Assembly (NCBI GenBank): GCA_013239625.1
Contig: MU054187.1
Location: forward strand, 6,149,757-6,213,756
Direction of reading: 5' to 3'
DNA length: 64,000 nucleotides
DNA from: Lama guanicoe
Taxonomy: Eukaryota
Shown piece by piece: positions 57,801 to 64,000 of this stretch. Under the pieces are notes generated by a model. It did not search any database. It saw only the letters and a list, made by a program, of their open reading frames with translations, and had not been told where the DNA came from. Made by a program: the position numbers and the translations under genes. Position 1 is the stretch's first letter. Each line of letters starts with the position of its first letter.

Positions 57801-60429
57801 TCCTGGGCCTGAACACCTCTGCCTGATGGACTCAGGCAGCCACTCTGTGCTCGGGGCTTCCTACATGAAGCCTCCTTTCTCTCAAGGACAGATGTCAAGG
57901 ATTGTTTTTGTGTATTAAGGACACTTTTTTTAAAGCTCACTAGAGAAAGGGTGTAACAGGCATCATTCCTGTCCTTCAGCAGCTGGAGGCTGTGAGAGGA
58001 GTAGGGGTGTTGAGGGGGGCGGGAGGGACAAAGGGTATAGTTAGGGCCCTTGCCCTCTGGACCCTTGCCCTTTGGACCCTTTGCATGTTGCTGACCTAGT
58101 TTTTATAAATAATACACATCTGTCTGCAGTTTACAGATTTCAAAGCATGTATTCATGCATTATCTCAACTGATGCGACTGAAACTGCAAGTTGGTTGTGA
58201 CTAAAGAGGTGGAAGATGTTAAGGTTCAACCATCCTCGGAGGGCGGGTGGCTTAGCTGGGTCTTGCAGGTAGGTCTTTCGAAAGAAAACCCAGAGGTCTT
58301 TCTACCACGTTGTGACAGCAAACAGGCAACTCCACCACGCACCGCGTGGTACCCTGCGCAGCTCCCTTCTGAGCCTCAGCGTCCTCACTGTAAATTTGAA
58401 ATAATAATCCTTAATAACGCCAGTCAGGCCTCCTTGTAGTTTTGTATGAAGATTGGAAATAGTCACTGTGCAAAGTTCTTAGCACTTGGCACTGAGTTGA
58501 TACTCAGTGAAGGGTGACTTTAAAACCATCCTCATCTAGTGAGTTCAGTGGAGGGCAGAGGAGATGCAGTCCAAAAGCACTGAGGAAGTGGCTGGGGTGA
58601 CAGGTCTGTAAGGAACGTTCTGCAGAAATGAGGCTGGTGCCAGTCCTGAACGCTCCTTCGGTGAGAGCGAGACAGAGCCGGGAGGAGAGAGTCCGGGTGG
58701 GTGCGAGGCTTCCAGAGCATTGGCTCTCAAACACTGGCGAGAAATACAGTCAGCACTGGGGCCTGGTCCATATACATATTTGGGTATGATTTTTTTTCAG
58801 AACTTCACACAATGCAACATATCCTTACTTCCTCTGATACAGTCTTCTCTTATTATATTCTCTGTCATTAAAAAATAAAGTATCATGCCCCCTCTAAATT
58901 GCTTTTAGGATTCGAGAATCGACGGTGGCCTGCTTTTTGGAAAATTGTGCTTTAGAACAGGGATTTTTAACTTGGGTCCACAGACGGGCTTTGTGGGAGG
59001 GAGGTGAAGGTGGTCTCAGATTTTCTGAAGTTGGATGCATAACTGTGTGTGTGTGTGTGTGTTTCTGGAAGGAGGGTCCCTAAGTTTCATCTGGTCCTCA
59101 AAGCATCTGACTCCCAGCTGGAGAGGGTAGTGAGAAAGAGAGCAAAATAATTAGGTTTGAGTTGATTGGGAATCATTTTTAATGCCTCTTAGAAATGGAA
59201 AGGCAGAGGAAAGACCAGTCCCTGAAGAGGGAAAACCAGCTCACAGCTAAACTGCGCACCCTCCACAAGCCTCCTGGACGGGGATGCTCTCTCCATCGTG
59301 TCAGGGCCTGCAGTCGTGACTGCCTCTCTTCGCTCCTGCACCAAGTAGGGACAGAAAGGGCACCTACCATGTAGGGCTGTTGTGAAGACTGGATGAGATC
59401 ACGCAAGTAGAACCACAAGCAGGACCGGCACAAAATAGACACGTTCACAATGTCAACTATTGTCCTGCTGAGCCTGTGTGAGGATGGTGCCGCTGGGAAG
59501 GTTGTCTCCATTGTATCCACGCGATTCTCCTATGAGTGTGTGTGTTTGTTTTTAGTGGAATGAATTATTTCCCTGATTCATTAGGATTGAGGCTGACAGA
59601 AATCAGAGCAGGGGAATATACCTCCGGGCCTTTCCCGCAGCCCTCGCACGAAGTGAGAGGACAGAAATGAGTCCTTTCCTCCCTCTCCAGCTTCTGGAAG
59701 CTGCCCCAGGGCCTGAGTGACCTCCCTGCCAGGCTGCCCCAGATTCCTGGGGGCCCAGATGTGCAGGCCCTCTCCAGCTGCCAGACCTCGCCCCGGAGGC
59801 ACCACAGGACCCGCATCCAGGCCCCTGCTCACCCTTCACTGTAAAAATCAAATCAGCACAAAACCAAATAAGCTCTGGAGAGTTGCCCTCCATTTTCCAT
59901 CCTTCTGAGGAAGCAGCTGAGTTGAGAAGAAAAGGGCCTCCGGGCATGAGTCGCTTGCCTTTTGGGGGTGTCTGGATTTCTGCCTTCTTATCTAAAAAGC
60001 CCACCCCGCTATTTGCCACCTTGCTGCTCAGTCCTGATGCTGGGCCCCAAAAGCAGGCCAGGCCTCCTCTGGGCACTGCGGTGGGCAGTGCAGCCGCTTA
60101 GGATGTGCCAGAGGCAGATGGATCATGGCGTCAGGGCCAAGCAAACCAGCTCTTCTCCAGAGCTTGGCTTAAAAGGACACACAGACAAAGGTTTTGCTGG
60201 TTTTAACAGCTCCCACCTGGTAAAGAATGAAGATTTCTGCCCCTACGAGAATGAGGGCCATTTATTTACTTATTTGCCGTGTGGTCAATGTGCAAGTGTT
60301 AATTTCTGGTTACAGCACAGTGATTCATCTCTATCTTTGTCTACATATGTATATTCCTTTTCATACCCCTTCCCATTATATAGGTCTATTTGTCTTTAAT
60401 CAGATGTTTTCCGCTGGAAAAAGGCAGAC

Positions 60430-60823
60430 TGTGCTAGAGGCTGAGTTGTCCCCTGCCCCACTCTGTTCAAGTGTTGAAGCCCTGACACCCTCCCCCCCCA
60501 GTGCTGCAGAATGTGACTTATTTGGAGACAGGGTTTTTAAAGAAGTAATTAAGGTAAAACAAGGTCGTATCAGTGGGCTCTGATCCCGTATGACTGGTGT
60601 CCTTACAAAAAGGAGAGATTAGGACACAGACCAAGAGAAGACCATGTGAAGACTCAGAGAGAAGATGGTCACCCATAAGCCAAGGAAAGAGGCCTCAAAA
60701 GGAACCAACCCTGCAAACACCTTGATCTTGGTCTTCTAGTCTCTAGAACGGTGAGAGAATAGATTTGTTGTTTAAGCCACCTCATCCGTGGTACTTTGTT
60801 ACTGTGGCCCCAGTGAACTAACA
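60430..60823 (+). mobile_element. MLT1-type (ERVL-MaLR) solo LTR
   Basis: TG...CA termini with diagnostic AATGTGACTTATTTGGAGACAGGG, TATGACTGGTGTCCTTA, TTTAAGCCAC...GGTACTTTGTTAC. Confidence 0.85.
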
Positions 60824-60919
60824 CCCTGTGTGTTTTATGAATTCATACAGCAATAGTTTACAAGTCTGGCTAGCCACATCAGAAAAGGAGAAAATAAGAA
60901 ACCATCATGAGGAAATAAA

Positions 60920-61290
60920 AAGCAGTGGTTAGGAATCTGGACTTGGGTTGGAGAGCATCTGCTTGAATCCTACTCGGCCGATTACAAGTCCATGCCAAGG
61001 GCAAGCCGCTCCACTTCCCTGGGCCTGTTTCCTTAGACGTGAAGTAGAGATGACGGTGGTGGTGGTGGTGGTGGTGGTAATGATGGTGGTGATGGTGGTG
61101 ATGATGGTGGTGATGGTGGTGATGGTGGTGGTGATAGTGGTGATGATGGTAGTGGTGGTGGTAATGATGATGGTGGTGGTGTAGTGCCCACTTCGTAAGC
61201 CCACAGAGAGGAGTCAGTGGGCTACCACGTGTCCAGCATTCAGACCATACCTGCACTAGAAGCACTATCAAGTGACTATTTTATTGCTGT
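60920..61290 (+). mobile_element. MIR remnant interrupted by a triplet repeat
   Basis: GCAGTGGTTAGGAA...GGGCAAG...GGCCTGTTTCCT before the repeat and GTAGTGCCCACTTCGTA after it follow MIR consensus order. Confidence 0.55.
61049..61181. repeat. Imperfect (GGT/GAT)n trinucleotide repeat
   Basis: About 44 triplets of GGT/GAT with occasional AAT/AGT, in a single phase. Confidence 0.92.
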
Positions 61291-62854
61291 TACACACTTG
61301 ACACTTGGCTCCAAGTCTGGAACCTCCTCTTTCCGAGATATGTGACCTTGAGGAGGTCACCACCCACCCCTGGGTTACTTCATCTGCACGGGGAAGGCCC
61401 ATTGACGCTTGCTGGCCCTTTGAGTCCCCATTTATTATTCTAATCAATGTTGATATGAACCATTGTGCAGGAGCAGTGGAGTTGTGAGAAAAATAACAAT
61501 TCTAGGGGTTTCTATACTCTCTGTGCTCATAGTTGACAAACCCAACTAAATGGGGCGCCTTTAAGGAATGACCTTCCCAGTGAATCCCTTTAAAAAAAAA
61601 ATCCGTACCCTTAGATTTTGTAGGCATTAACACAGAAAGGTGAGGAAGCAAACTTCTGCTTTTCAGCAATGCAGAGTGACTGCAGTAAATCTGTTTAGGT
61701 ATCATCGTGTTTGACTTTAAGAAAATGGCTGAGCTGTGGGCAAGGTAATTCGAGAAGATATAAATGGCTGCATTATAATAAGCAGACACCTATTTAAGCA
61801 TGATCTATGTTTTTGAGGAAATTCATTACAATGAGTCTTACAATACCAACCTCTTCAATGAATTTTTCATGTCTGCATACCAAGATATATATAAAACGAT
61901 CGTAATCATGTACCTTTGGGGCAATGCTGAGCGCCAGCTGTTTCAGCGATGATTTATAGGTTGCCACACTCAAGGTTAATAATCAGGAGAAACAGGTTAC
62001 AGTATGCAATGTATTTATGTCAGGTTAGAAGTTCAGTTAGTGGAGATAGCATGTTATAAGGAAGCACACACTTTTAATTATTTTCTAACCACCCTCCCTT
62101 CCACCCCCATCCCACTTCTCTGCAATAAACGATAAATAAATAATTTTACAGAGGGCGCCCTCTCTGCCAAGCGTATCTTCTGGTTACTGTTGGCTTTATT
62201 TAAAGAGAAACTGCAGCCAGGAGTTATTAGCTTTACATATGAAAACACAGCTTGAAGGTACTTCATCATCAGTGCAATGGGCCCAGGCAGAGGGTATGAT
62301 GGAGTTTTGGAAACATCGAGGTAATTAGGCCCTTTTGGAAGGGCAGCATTTTGCTGCCTGGAGGATTCCCAGCAGGATTTTCAGAGATGTGACACATACA
62401 AGCCACAAGTCCATCTCTAAAAGCCCTACAGTGTAACTTGTCTCCCCTTGGAGACAAAATTATTGCATCAGTTTCATAAAATAATCTCAGAAGTGTTCCC
62501 TTTTTGAATTGAGACAAAAACTTACCTTGTCCTAGGAAACTCTTTTATAAAAAATGAGAGAAAAATTCTTTTTCTGCAGAGGGTTGAGTTCATTGTGTTC
62601 CTCATTCAGCAGCATTGGTCTATCAAAGTCTCTCTCTTGTTTCTCTCTTTCTTCTCTTTTACCCCAGTTCCCATCTCTCAGCTCACACCCACCTAGGAGA
62701 TGGCTTTCTAGTATGTCTATCACATATAGATGTGTTTACATTTGCTTCTGTTTTTTCAAAATGTGTGTTGTTTTATGTGCGTACACACATAATTATGTAA
62801 ATGGTAGTTTGTGTATCTCATTCTACTTTTTAAAAAACTTTTATGAGCTTATCT

Positions 62855-63905
62855 TATTTTAAACAGCTTTATTGCGATATCATTGGCAGACGTTATACTG
62901 AGCATGTTGAGATCAGTGTGGACACCTGTGAAACCATCACCACAATCAAGATAATGACAAATCCATCATCCCCAAAGTTTCCTCTTGTTTCTTTGTAATC
63001 CCTCCCTCCTGCCTGCCCCCCTCCCACCATCCGTGGGCAACCACTGATCTGCTTTCTATCATTATAGGTTAGTTTGCATTTTCTAGAATGTTACATACAT
63101 AGAATTAGATGGTAGGTACTCTTTTTTTTGGTCTGCCTTCTTTTACAAAGCATAATTGTTTTGGAAATTCATTCATGCTGTGTTTATCAATAGTTCATTT
63201 CTTCCTGTGGTAGAGAAAATAGTATTCCATTGTATGGGTATATCAATTTAGGTGCCTTAGTCACCTGCTGATGGGCATTCTAGTGTTTTTTCCAGTTCCT
63301 GGCTGTTATAAAGCTGCTGTGAGTTGTTTTAATAGACATACACTTTTGTTTCTTTTGGATAAATGCTTGGAACATCCAGATTATATGGTAGGTATATGTT
63401 TAACTTCTTATGAAACTGCCAAACATCTTTCCAAAGCAGTTGCAATAGTTTATTTTCCTGCCAGCAGTGTTTGGGTGTTCCAGTTCCTCCACCCACCCAC
63501 CAACACTTGGAATAGATAGAATGGTCCTCTTAATTTTAGGCATTCCAATAGGTATATAGTGGTGTATCTTTATGGCTTTAATTTGCATTTCCCTAATGAC
63601 TAATGAAGTTACAGATCTTTTCATGTGCTTATTTGCCATTTGTAGCTCTCCTTTAGGATGGTGTCTGTTCAGTACTTCTGCCCATTTGTGGAGGAGGGTG
63701 TTTGTTTTCTTATTATTGAATTTTGGAACTTATTTTTATAATCTGGGTACAAGTGCTTTATCAGACCTGTATAATTTGTAAATATATTCTGGTCGATGGC
63801 TTTATTCAGTCTCTTAATAGAGCCTTTGGAAGAGCATAAGTTTTTAGTTTTGATGAAGTTCAATTTGTCAAATTTGTTTTTCTTATGGATCATACTTATG
63901 GGGTT
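62855..63905 (-). mobile_element. L1M-class LINE 3' portion (ORF2 C-terminus plus 3' UTR)
   Basis: Reverse ORFs ANKHMKRSVTSLVIREMQIK and DKLNFIKTKNLCSSK match L1 ORF2p C-terminal motifs; frameshifted. Confidence 0.88.
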
Positions 63906-63949
63906 GTACATGGATTCTATATTCAGTTCCATACATCTATTTGTCTATC

Positions 63950-64000
63950 TTTTTTTTAATTGAAGTATATTCAATTTACAATGTTGTGGTAGCTTCTGTG
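63950..64000 (-). mobile_element. Start of another L1 3' end (truncated by the window edge)
   Basis: TTTTTTTTAATTGAAGTATATTCAATTTACAATGTTGTG resembles the element at 301-500. Confidence 0.6.

Noticed and set aside
60879..61271. Poly-His, poly-Thr and poly-Val ORFs
   Set aside because: They are translations of the (GGT/GAT)n microsatellite within a MIR.
63400..63932. Minus-strand ORFs resembling a protein gene
   Set aside because: They are frameshifted fragments of L1 ORF2p in a dead LINE.

Overview
Mammalian genomic DNA. tRNA-Ala-derived vic-1-like SINEs suggest a camelid. The window holds the 3' two-thirds of CHD7 (chromodomain helicase DNA-binding protein 7) on the + strand. I traced 31 coding exons (human-equivalent exons 8-38, 4126-50303), all with GT-AG junctions and a continuous frame. 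They encode the chromodomain ends, the SNF2 ATPase/helicase, the SANT/SLIDE-like region and two BRK domains. An AT-rich 3' UTR follows, with a likely poly(A) signal at 51278, then about 12.7 kb of intergenic DNA. Introns and flank carry L1, L2, MIR, MaLR LTR, hAT-like and SINE copies plus microsatellites. I see no convincing new gene system. The most notable features are: a ~103-bp inverted repeat in intron 23; extreme, patchy GC enrichment that has recoded disordered parts of exons 31 and 38, with a 14-codon deletion in exon 38; an exon-26 acceptor with the weak, distant-branch-point layout known from human intron 25; and an NRF1-like CpG patch past the poly(A) site. Exon numbering and human comparisons come from my recollection of human CHD7, not from a database search.
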